A stretch of 54,448 nucleotides of DNA, the filler included, from Sphacelaria rigidula (taxonomy: Eukaryota): NCBI GenBank assembly GCA_964200075.2. It is 5 parts of 5 records of this genome, joined end to end, with 100 filler letters (N's around TTAATTAATTAA, not from the genome) between each part and the next. Parts side by side here need not be neighbours in the genome. Positions count along the whole stretch, not along the records: positions 32,732 to 43,540 come from CAXNAA020005873.1; positions 43,641 to 54,448 come from CAXNAA020005874.1; 3 more parts are not named here. The stretch is one strand, 5' to 3'. Below the pieces are notes generated by a model that had not been told where the DNA came from, did no database searches, and saw only the letters and a list, made by a program, of their open reading frames with translations. The position numbers and the translations under genes are program-made. Below are positions 37,601 through 49,168 of this stretch, piece by piece. How positions within the stretch are numbered: the stretch's first letter is position 1; the number at the start of each line of letters is the position of its first letter.

Positions 37601-40600
37601 CGTGTATACTCGTACATGTTTTTTCAGGCTCAGCAAATCGACGACCATGATGTCCCACTAGTATTGAAGCGCAGACTGATATGTGTCCTTTCCATCTGCT
37701 GGTTTGCTCAGACTTGAAACGAATGGTGTACTCCCCCTCCCCCTTCCCCCTTTAACCCACCCATCCTCCCAAATCACGTATAATTTCGCAGGTACGCGAA
37801 GATCCTCGCAAGGGCGTGTACATCGACGCTCATGAAGAGGTCTTGGGAGACTTCGACCACGTGCTCCGCGTCCTGGCTCACGGCGAGCAGCGCCGCCACG
37901 TCGGCTGCACCGAGATGAACAGTCGCTCCAGCCGATCGCACACGATATTTCGCCTGGTAGTGGAGAGTCAGCAGCAGTATGTGCCAGGTATCCACGCCTC
38001 TGAAGAGGACGTAGACCCCGCCGTCTTCGTCGCGACACTAAATCTTGTGGATCTTGCGGGGTCTGAGAGCGTCCGGCATACGGGCGCGACGGGCCTCCGA
38101 CAAAAGGAAGGAGGTAATATCAACCGGAGTCTGCTGACCTTGAGCCAGGTGATCCAAAAGCTTAGTCAGGGTGGCACTTCGCACGTGAACTACCGTGATA
38201 GCAAGCTCACGCGTATCCTGCAGCCCAGCTTATCCGGAAACGCGAGCATGGCTATCATCTGCTGTGCGACTCCCGCGGAGGGATTCCTCGAAGAAACCCG
38301 CAGCACGTTCCAATTCGCGTCGCGCGCGAAGCAGATCAAAACCCGCGCTGTGGTGAACGAAGTCCTCGATGACAAGGCCCAGCTTCGCCGCATGTCGAAA
38401 GAGCTGGCGGCTCTTCGCCAACAGCATGCAGAGCCAGCCGCGCTACAGGGAAAACTTGAGACTCTGGAGGCCGAGAAAGCCGAGCAGGCGGCCAAGATAG
38501 AGCGATTAGGGAACCTCATCATCAACATCGCCAACAGGCCGGCGGCGGTGGCAGGCGCAGCCGCCGCCGTGACCACGGCCGTCAACGGTGACGGCATGAT
38601 GCATTGCGTTGAGGACGAGCTGCATGTGGACATATCGCCGCGAACACGGCGGACGAAACGCTCGCGCGAGACGTGGTGCCCTGGGAAAGGAGAGTTCCCA
38701 ATTCTGCAAGTTCAAGGACTGGGCGCGGCCGCCGACCGCATGTCTACCCTCCTGGAGGAGGATGACGCCGACTACAGACTCAAGCGCCGTTCGGGGGTCT
38801 CTTCTCACGGCTCCAGATTCTCTTGTTCTACCGACAACTTTTCTCCCGTTCGCCTCGCCCCCGGTTCGAAGTCTAAGCCCCCGTGCACACCCTTGTCCGC
38901 GGGAAGCCGAGGTGTCACAACCCCAACCCTGATGACTCCAGCGCGCGCCCGCGCTGAGCTTCAGGTGGCGGAAATGCGTGACCGTCTCGCTTCACTTCAG
39001 GATGAGAGAGATATGTTGGCGGCGGAGGCTGATAAGGCGAGAGCGGCAGCGGCGCACGCCGACAAGCTAGAAGCGGAGGTTGAGGTGCTGAAGGAGTCAT
39101 TGCAAGCTGCTGAGGCTGCGGCGGCAGCAGCGGCGGATGAGGTCAGGAGCTCGGAGGGGGAGACAGGCAGGGATGGCATGTCTTGCGACGATGGTGGCTC
39201 AGCGGAGTGGATTCGTAAGGTGGAAGCGATTGCCGCTGAGCTGAAGAAGGCCGAGGAAGAAAGAGAGGAAATGAAAGCGGAGCTGGATGAATTCTGCGAG
39301 TACACGGTGCGTAAGACGTGGTGTGTGCGTGTTCCTATTTTTTTCCGCTGAGATTGTTGATTTTTTCTGCCTTGTGTTTGTGGCGTCTTTGCCGTGCTTC
39401 ATAAAAACACGCGGTATTGTTGACGATGGGGATGCTCCACCTTGAGTGGCGTCTAGGAACGTAGGGTTGATGTATACTATTTGACTGGCGATTGATGCTT
39501 CAGAAATCGATGTGGGTTCTCGTGCCTAGTGTCGAGGTTACGAGCTCGTGGATATTCCCCCATTCACAATCTTGGGGTTGTTGTGAAAAATGTTCCAAAA
39601 TGAAGGCTTGAAGTATCGTTCATCATTTTGGCTCGTGTAGGCCCTTACCCGGCAAGATCGCTCCACTCTGTGATTTAGTGCACGACACATTTTCGTCACA
39701 TAGAATGTCAACATAATGACAACATATATGACGATAAAAGGAGATATGTGACGCGAATGTGGCAACAAGTGGGGGTGTATGACGGAAAAATGACTTCATT
39801 CATGATTCAATGGGGCATCATGAGACATTTGTATCAGGATTTCGAACATGTGAACCGTCTGTTCGATACTTGAGGAGGTAATTTGTAATCATCGCTAATG
39901 GCTTGCAGGTCGAAGTTTGCTTTTCATGGCGAAAAATAGTGCAGTTTTTGCGCTACATATGGCGGTTTCATACTAGCATATGAATCTCTGAACGTACCAT
40001 ACACATGATGGAAAAAGGCGAATGTATGAAAGTGCTGCACTTTTGTCGGCCATAAGACTAATATATGTAGTCATCCAACGATTGAAAATGACCTTTCATG
40101 ACAAACTTTGACCGTTCTGCTCGATGAATGACAGATCAATATTGTCATATGAATATCTGAAAGTATCGTGTGTAATAACAAAAAAGGCGATTACACTAAA
40201 ATATATATAAAAAATCGCTTTGTCGTCGTAGCAGGTGAAGTTCTAGTCCCTCGTTAGCGTTCAAGTTCCTTCTCCTTTTTTTCGATAATTGCACGGGCAA
40301 ATAGGGTAAAAAACGTTGGGATGAAGAAGGTAAATTGCCCGAACCCTCAAATTTTCACGTTATTCGACATAAATCATTGTATTCGTTGTGTCCCATGCAC
40401 ATGTAGACAAGATGTGCGCGAAGCAGTCAGCTCCGTGGGTAAAATCTTAGCTTAGGCTTCGTCGACCTGCCTTTCCACTGCTCTCATTTGCATAGCATAT
40501 TATGTACTGAAGACGGTATCTAGGCACCAACACTTCGCTCCTCTCTCTTTTCCCCCTTTATCCGTACGTGACTGGGAAAAACAGACAATTACACGCCGTA

Positions 40601-43540
40601 CCTCCATTTACTCATACATGTTTTTTTTTTTTATCCTTCTTTTTTATCAGGACAAGAAGGACGTGGAATTGGTCGAGTTGCAGGAGCGCCTTGCCAAGGC
40701 CGAGCAAGACCTGCACCACAAAGAGGCCGATCTCGAGAACATCCGCATTTCCGAAGAGCGTGATGAACGCGAGCATGCCCAGCGCATCAAAGAGCTCGAA
40801 GCTCGTGTGATCGAGCTAGAGGCAGCCATTGAAGAGCGAGACGTCGCAGTCCCCAAGTCGCGAGATGGTCCTATGGAGGTGGTGACGGGGGACGAAGAGA
40901 AGGACGGCGGCGTCGCTCCCGGTACCCAGGAGGAACAGGACAGTGAGCTCTCTGCAATCAAACGGGCGCTTGAGATAACGCAGAGTGAGCTGGAAGCGCA
41001 AAAGGCCCGCGCTGAGGTGCGTGGGTGGTGGGTTTATTTGTGGTGGGAAGGGAGATTGGTTGGTTAGTGTGGATGATTGGTTGGTCAAGTAGATGGCACG
41101 TTTGATGCTTATTTTTTGTCCAACATGGGAACAAGTGTGGTGCGTTCAGCTGTGTTTGCTGCGTTGTGTTTTTGTCACTTATGAAATACGCCGATATGCG
41201 CTTTATTGTCAAGCGTACACGTCGTGTACCTCGCGGAACTATGTTGAGTCTGTCTGAACGAGCAGGGTACGCTTGAAGAGGCGGATGACACACACAAACT
41301 AAATTACTCTACCGAACTGTAACCGATCATCGTCTCCGTGCTTGTCTTCTATATCCAACGGCAAACCTTCCACGTTTCCCCCGCCCCCCTCTCAACCGCT
41401 CCTACGCACCTGCTGTACTTAATTTGCCACCAAAGCTCGCTCGTAATGAAAATGGGGAAAAACTTGAAGAGCTGATGCAAGAGATGTCGGCGGCGGAATT
41501 CCAACTTGTCCAGGAAAAAGACGCGGCGGCGCGCGCGGCGCGGGAGGCGGCTGACGCCGTTGCGGCCGCCACCGAGGCGGCTGAAGCTGCCGCCGCTCGC
41601 GAATCGGAGGCCACGGCCACCTTGAGGGCCAAATTGGCTGCCCTGGAGGCCGAGCGTGAAGAAAACGAGGAGGAGATGGCGGAGCTCCGTGCACTCAACG
41701 CGGAGGCGGCCGCGTTGCTTGCCGACAACCAAGATCGTCGAGTCATGCAGATGGACGGTGAGGCGCAAACAGATGCGTTGGAGGGAGTCACTGGTGGCAC
41801 GTCGGAGGAAGATGCTGTGGCGGGGATGGCCGAGCGGGACCGCGCCCTCGTTGCTCTGCAGAGCCGCATAGAAGAGCTCGAGGGTAGCATTTCCCAGGCA
41901 GAGAGTCAGCGACATGAGCTGGACGCACGCACCAGAGAAGAGAGGGAAGAAACGGAGGCTGCCTTGCGCGAAGCTGTAGCCGGGCAGCGGCGGGCGGAGG
42001 ATGCCCTCAGCTTGGCAAACCAGTCGCAGCTGGAGATGCGCTGCCGACTCGAGGAGGCCGTTCAACAGGTGAAAGAAGCAGAGACGATGCGAGGTGAAAT
42101 GGAGGTCGCCGCCGAGGTGCTGAATTCGAACAAAGATAACCGGATCGCCATGCTCATCGGGAGGGTTAGCGAAATCGAGTTGGAAAAAGAGGCGGCTGTG
42201 CAGGCGCAGGCGTCGTCTGCTGCCTTGAAGGAGAAGACAGAGGCGGCGGCCGCTTCCACTGCTGAAGAAGCGAGTCGAATGCGCGAGGAACTCGAAGCCC
42301 TCCGGGCGGATGCGGAGGCGAAGGGCACGAACATCGCCGAGCTGGAAGATCATGTGTCGTGTCTGAAGGCTGCTGGCGAGGAGCAGGCCGAGTTAGAGGC
42401 GGAAGTCCAATCCTTGCGGGGTGTCCACCAGCAAATGCTGTCTGAAAAAGAAGAGAAAGAAGCGCAAGTTGAACAACTGCAAGGGGCACTCGACCTTGCC
42501 CAGGTGAACAATGACGCGGAAAGACAGGCGCACGTCGAGAAGCAGGCGGAGTTGGAAGCAAAGTTCGAGTCCCTTCAAGAGGAGCACCGGCTTTTGCTGT
42601 CCGCAACAGAAGAGAGGGACACCGCATCAGAAGAGAAGAGCGCCAAGGTGTGTGAGCTGGAAGCGGCCCTCGCCGCCACCCAAGCGAACCATGAACTGAT
42701 AATGCAAGCGCACAATGAGAAGCAAGCAGAGCTGGAGACGGGAATGGAATCCTTGGAGGATGAGCACAAGCGTTTGCTCTCCGAAACGGAAGACAAGGAT
42801 GCCAACGTGGGTGCGCTGGAGGCGGCGCTTGCCTCTGCGCAGGCGAACCATGAAGCCATCGCTCAAGTTCATGACGAGAAGCAAGCGGCAATGGAAGAGG
42901 CGATGCAGTCCTTGAAGGATGAGCATCAGCGTTTGCTCTCTGCAACGGAAGATAAGGACGCCGAAGCGGGTGAGCTTAAGGCGGCGCTCGCCGCCGCGCT
43001 GTCGGACCTTGAAGCGATCGTCCAGGCACGCAGTGAAAAACAAGCGGAGCTGGAGACGGGAACGCAATCCTTGAAGGATGAGCACCAGCGTTTGCTCTCC
43101 GATACGCAAGAGAAGGACGCCAAGGTGCGTGAGCTGGAGGCGGCGCTTGCCACTGCGCAGGCAGACCATGAAGCGATCGCTCAAGCGCACGGCGAGATGC
43201 AAGTGGCATTGGAAGAGGGACTACAATCCTCGAAGGGTGAGCATGAGCGTCTAATGCTCGAAGCAGAAGAGAAGGACGCCAAGGTGCGTGAGCTGGAGGC
43301 AGTGCTTGCCACTGCGCAGGCAGATCATGAAGCGATCGCTCAAGCTCACGAGACGCAAACGGCATTGGAAGAGGGACTGCAATCCTTGAAGGATGAGCAT
43401 GAGCGTCTGGTGTCCGAAACGGAAGAGAAAGACGCCAAAGTGCGTGAGCTGGAGGCGGCGCTCGCCACTGCGCAGGCGGACCACGCAGCGATCGCTCAAG
43501 CTCACGAGTCGCGAGCGGCGTGGGAAGAGGTCCTGCGGTC
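34672..43540 (+). CDS. CENPE: Kinesin-7 / CENP-E-like motor protein (3'-partial, 5 exons)
   Basis: In-frame GT-AG exons 34672-34803, 35345-35722, 37792-39306, 40651-41016 and 41436->43540. Motifs: VAIRLRP, P-loop GQTSSGKT, NSRSSRSH, DLAGSE, HVNYRDSKLTRILQPSLSGN, kinesin-7-type RETWCPG, and a long coiled coil. Confidence 0.92.
42377..43540 (+). repeat. Coding tandem repeat, ~159 bp / 53 aa, about 7 units, in the kinesin stalk
   Basis: EKDAKVRELEAALATAQADHEAIAQAH recurs at 43110, 43269 (+159) and 43425 (+156). More diverged units lie upstream. Confidence 0.93.
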
Positions 43541-43640
43541 NNNNNNNNNNNNNNNNNNNNNNNNNNNNNNNNNNNNNNNNNNNNTTAATTAATTAANNNN
43601 NNNNNNNNNNNNNNNNNNNNNNNNNNNNNNNNNNNNNNNN
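43541..43640. other. Artificial contig linker
   Basis: N44-TTAATTAATTAA-N44. Confidence 0.98.
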
Positions 43641-44739
43641 AGATCAGGCGCTACTTCAGCGGAAGAGTTCAGCCCGGTATGCATGCTCTTTCGGCAAACT
43701 AACCTTCATGTGCATGGACGGTAGCGGTAGCTGTCGCGGTTGCTTGAACCTGGTGCGGTGTACTTGACATTTGTCGTCAGAGGAGAAGTGCCGGGGTCCA
43801 CTTCCGGTGCGATGTTCTATTTCTTCATAGCATATGTAGTTTCTGGAGTAAACAGCGCAATCAGGTGGTTCAGACACAGTAGGACGGCCGTAGTAGTGCT
43901 GACAAAAGGGAAGATATACCTCGAGGTCGAAATCCGGGAGCTTCACAGCTCAAAGGTACCCCTGCTGCTCTTAAGGACGAATTACTAGACGTCTCAGTTA
44001 GCTCTGCCTGAGTGATCGAGGGGCTACTTTCCCCCAAAAGGTCGACATTGAAAAACATAAATGGTGCATGCTGCAGTAGGTGAGGGGTATTTTCGCACGT
44101 CTCATGTGAAGGTTCTCAACATGTTGAGTCGAATAAAGCCCGACGTGCCGTCTTGGCCGAACACCAAACATGGGATAATGCCCATCTACAGACTACATAC
44201 CGATCAAGCGCATGTTTCCGTGTCGAGCTGCGGGTACAAAGTACAGCGCCTGGGTTCCATATAGTCAGCCACGGAACACGCTCGCGTAGTTGGGCGAGGT
44301 CTTCCTGTCGCGTGTTGGTAGATAGAGCACCACGCTTTGCAACGTACGTTTTGACCGTTTCTGTGTGAACGCGCATGACTCGCGCGTGGGTATGGCGATG
44401 TTCAACCACATTTACGGCGCATGTCACATTCTCTCCGATACATCAAGGTCATTTGAAAGCATCATGATGAGGCACAGTTTGAACCGGGCGTGTTTCTCCG
44501 CCGTTCATGAACGGTTTTGCCACGAATCCATGCGTTCAGCTCCATGTTCCCCGTGTGGACGCTCTCTGGTCGACGATGAGTGTGGTTCATTCACGAGATG
44601 CAGCTGGAACGCCATGTTCATGCCATTGCTGCTGAGACATACATCCCACTCCTCCGATACCGACGCACTTGGTCGTCCCTCTCCTCACCGTCCCACACCG
44701 CACCGCACCGCACCACCTGGCGACGTGTTTCTGCACCAG

Positions 44740-47700
44740 ACGTGATCGATTTGTTCATCAGCAATTGTGGCGGTGACCACCTGAGTGCCGTTCAGCTCTG
44801 TGCCGAGCAGTTGTCGCCCCCCATCATCATCGACGAGGTGAGGACGACGCTTGCACACACGGGCGACGTAGGAGTCGAAGCAAAGAGAAGTGGGTGTTGT
44901 GCGCGACTCCCGCGTTGAGCACGAGAGACGGGCGGACAGACTGCCGGCAAGCGTATCTCGTGTTGATGGTTTTGTGCCTCAAGGTCTTGTATTGCTACAA
45001 TGGAGGGCCCATACTCATTTCTTGCTTGCCTTAGCCACTCGACCATTGACCAATGACCATTGACCATTGACCATAGATTGGTAGTGGGGTTGCATGCGAG
45101 ACTCGACGACTGCTCAAATATGATAACGTTAAGCTCTGTGATGAAGTGATTTCCGCGGGCGGCCAAAAGCCGACCGCTTCGTGGCTGCTATTGTGCCGCT
45201 TCGTTTCTCGAGTTTGAGGTATGTATGTGGCAACTATTCTTACGCTATCTTCCGCGCTATGTGACCCGAGGACGTCTCGTGAAACGCATTTCCCACGACC
45301 ATCCATTGCGGCTCGTGTCCGTCGCTGATATTTGCTACAGTATGACTTGCCACTTGATACGTTGATTTGGTCCATTTTCGCCTCCCCACGAACGTGTCTC
45401 GTTCTTGGTTTCACCCCCACCATCGACGGCCTCAGAAGCTGGGAATGGGTAGCAGTGGCAATGATGAGGGCAGCAGCCAGTCTAAGAAAGGCACCGGTAC
45501 CGCTCACAGCGACGGGGTACCCCTCAGTTCGTCACTGCCGTCAACCGGAACGGTGAGCGGTGGAGCACCAGCCGCCGCAGCCGCCACCAACGGGTCCGGC
45601 GCCAAGCAACCTGACGTCGAAGGTAACAGCAGCAGTACCAGCAACAGCACCTGCCCCCCTCTCAAGAGCCGTCTTGGTGGTTCCTCTGAAAACTCGGGCG
45701 ATGGCATCCTCGGTGGAACGAACGCGGTGGCGTCGAAGGGCAGCGGAGGTGCTGCAACCGGGTCCAGCACCTCGCTGCAAGAAGGGAGCAAGCACACCCA
45801 ATGTGTTGGAGGTACTTCAGGCCCGACACGCGGGGCATTCCGCGGAACGGCGCCGATCCAGTCGGCTGAAGTGAAGGCTCCACGGGTATGTTGCTCTACC
45901 GGATGCTTAGAACGCTGGGGTGACTGAGATTAGACGCAGGGCGACAGATGCTTCCCACCTAGCCTTACCGGAAATCTTGGTCGCATAGAGTGCATGCTTG
46001 GTGTTTCCTGTCCATCCGACGGTACCCGTCATTTGAAATGAAGACATCTAGGCTGCCTGCCGATGTTGACATTTGGTGCTCTGGAGGGGAAAGAGGGGGG
46101 AAAGAGGGGGTACAGCGACGAACGTTCCCCCCGGACGTGCGTAGAGTAACTTTCGAGTGCTTGTTTGATGCAACATTTTCAATTTGACATGAAGCGCCAC
46201 AGAACCGAAAACTATTGAAATGGAGAGCGGCAAGGAGAACGACACAAGGCCGAAGTGATATGCCAACCAAATGACCGAACGCTGCTATTCGCTGCGGCAT
46301 CAGTGACTGCAAGTCGACGACTTGGTCATGTCAGCAGTTTGTTTGCGTGGTGTAGCTCAGGTGTACTCGAACCCATCGTCTGTCTTTCTTCGATGGCTGC
46401 TTGATTATTTTGCAGAGCCAGTAACCAAGTACGTGTTGCTCCTATGAGTACAACATGTTTTCTCTTGACGTTTGATCGGCCGAAATTGAAGTCTTCCCCT
46501 AGACTCTAGATTGGATGCTGCGATGTGTAAGAAACTCGATCGTTTTTGTTTTTTTGCATCGCGTTCTGTTGGTCGTGACGTTCTACTGGTGCTCCTACTT
46601 TCCTTCCCTCCCGTGCCGTTCCACTCCGTTCCATCCCCTATTGTTTACTTGTTTTTTCCCGTGTTGCTCTGTTTGCCTATTGTTTTTGTTCAATTTCCTC
46701 CGTTTGTTCTGCCTCTCTCCGTTCGTATTTTCCCTTTTCTGATTTCCCGTGAGAGAATCTTTCCGACATGTGTACGTCGGGTACGTCTAGCTTGTGACGA
46801 CGCCTAGATTGTGATCCCTAGCGGATCGCTCAATGTGCGCCAATCAAAGTGCTGTTTGCCGAATCGTATACGCGTTCTGTCTTGCGCGTCCGACCGTCCC
46901 CGACAATTCAACAGGTACTTGAAAACGTCGGAGCGATCGACAACGTTTCACGGTCAGTTATCCGCGGCGTTGAATCGGTCGGAGGGTGTGTTGGAATCCG
47001 CATCCACGATGACGGGAACTGTGCGTCGTCCAGCACTATCATCTCCGCGCTCATCGTGGCGGCACAGAGTCGGGCACGGCTGGATGAGGTGGCAGCACGC
47101 GTGCGGGGCATCCTGTCTACCCTGGCGTACACCACGCTGGGTGATCGCCACCAGGTAACGCACGCGGCCCAGCTCTCGCCTAGGGACCTTGTCATCTTCG
47201 CAGTGATAAACGGGTCACCAATCCAGGCAGGCACACACACGGCCGCTAGCAGTCACGTTTCCACAGTCCCCGACCCTCGTAGCCCCAACGGTAGATCCCG
47301 TAGCCCCTTTTCATCGCCCTGCCTGCCGGTGCCCCCGTCTCCATCACGCGAAACTGTCTCTCTTTAGGTGCTGGTCAAGGCGTTCGTGAAGTTCGTCGCA
47401 GATCTGCGGACAAAGAAGGTTGGGGTCGAGTTGGCAATGAGTATCATCGACAAGTTCCTGGACCGTGGCCCGGACGGGGTGTCGAGCGCGACTCCAGCAG
47501 AAGCGTCGACGACAAGGCTTGACGTCTCAAGAGGTCTCGAGCTCACCGCTCGCATACTAGATCTCGTCTCAGCGCCGGAAGATACCCCTGAGGCAGACAT
47601 GGTACGTTGCGGGCACGGTGTGGGCCGAAATGGCTGGTTAACGCGTAGATGGGCAGTTGGTGTGTCCAAATCAATTCGGACGGTAGTCAGTCCGTCTTCT

Positions 47701-49168
47701 CCCCCAAAATGAATGAGACAAAGGAGGAAACATGTTGAAGTGTCTGCTGGGAACACGAGACCCGAGGGGGAGAAACGAAGAGAAACAGATCGAGCGATGA
47801 ACGAAGAAGTGAAAAGGGAAACGTGAAGGAGAGAAAAGAAGCGCCACGCTTTATCTGCTGTGATGTATGATGGTATCTACCATAGTACCGGTCCCGCTAA
47901 AATTGAATTAACGAACGAACGAGAACGAAATTGCCGGCCCTGACGCATGTCTCCAGGCAAGGATGCGCGTGGTTCTTTTCCGCTATCCAAAAATGAGAAT
48001 ATGGGACACGATAAGAGGATTCGATGGATGGTCTTGACAGGGTGTGGTGTCGCTGTTTCAACGATGGGTCGAAATGTACGTGTAAGATTTGTCTACTGAA
48101 GGAGAGCTGGATTGATCCCTCGAGAGCATGGACTCCATCTCCAGAGATACGAACAGAGGGATACAAGTACGACATGAGAACACACAATGAGTGCACGTGA
48201 ATCATAAAATTCAGAACCTTCTTCAACTCGCTGCCGCTCCGTCGCGCAGGCCGACATCCGTACGGTCTGCCGGAGCGTCCCTCTGGAGGCCGGGAGCAGG
48301 TGGCCGGGCAAGGGTCTGGGTATGTTCATACCCACGACCTACGAATCCCTGTGCGGCAACCAAATCACCTACCGCGTGAGTGCACACTTCTCAACAATCC
48401 GAACAGCGAAGTCTGGCGCAGCAACCCTCAATGTTGCCGATGGTCGTACAGTACCACGTTCGACACCTATTGTTGACGACTGTGATACTTACGTGCATGT
48501 CTCCCTCTATGTGTGTGGTCGATTCTTCACGGTGAAACTATGACGTTTGATTGCAAAGGTTGACAGCATACCACGGCACTATTGTTGAGCGCGAGTAACG
48601 GGTTGTTCTGTAGTATAGAAGCAGTAATAATGCTGTGCGGCGCAGGACGAAACCTGAACGACAGTACCACGGATAACTTACCATAGGCCTCGCCGCGCAA
48701 GCGACCGCCGATGGCTTGTCGTCGCTGGGGCATGGGATACGGAAAAGATCCAAAACCTGCAGTAGTGGCGCAGACGATATTGTACCGACACAAACCATGC
48801 TGTTGGCTCTTCGGTTTCCACCGCCCATATTCTACAACCAGCGTGGAAACTTCAACCCGGCGGTCAACGTGTACGAGTCGGCAGTCGAGGGCGGCACTCA
48901 CCCTCATGTGGCGAAGGGGGTGAAAATATGGAAGTCGGAACTCCCGCACTTCGATGTGGTGCTCTGCAAGGCTGGCCAAGCTTCGCTCTTTGAGAAGCTC
49001 CGAAGTAAGTACCGTGTCGCCCCCTGCACGGACACCAGTCGACGTGTTGAGTATCTGTTGCGGCAGCTGGAGTCGCAGCGGAGAATCTCCCAAGATCAGG
49101 CTCTGCAAGAAGCGAGATTGGCAGTCGGGGAAGACCTCAGCGTGGACTCGCAAGAGGCGGCCTGGAAG
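44740..49168 (+). CDS. Unknown multi-exon protein (5'-partial), possible degenerate KH domain
   Basis: Six AG/GT-bounded exons splice in frame: 44740-44837, 45436-45885, 46915-47154, 47368-47601, 48250-48375 and 48842-49168. A candidate terminal exon is 49343-49402 (RLNCINSSLARLWLALECI*), uncertain. Confidence 0.72.
45041..45074. repeat. (TGACCAT)n heptamer minisatellite
   Basis: About 5 units; the same heptamer is doubled at ~26324-26338. Confidence 0.7.

Noticed and set aside
41349-43505. Long antisense ORFs (e.g. 334 aa, 259 aa)
   Set aside because: These are shadow ORFs of the GC-rich, repetitive kinesin exon.
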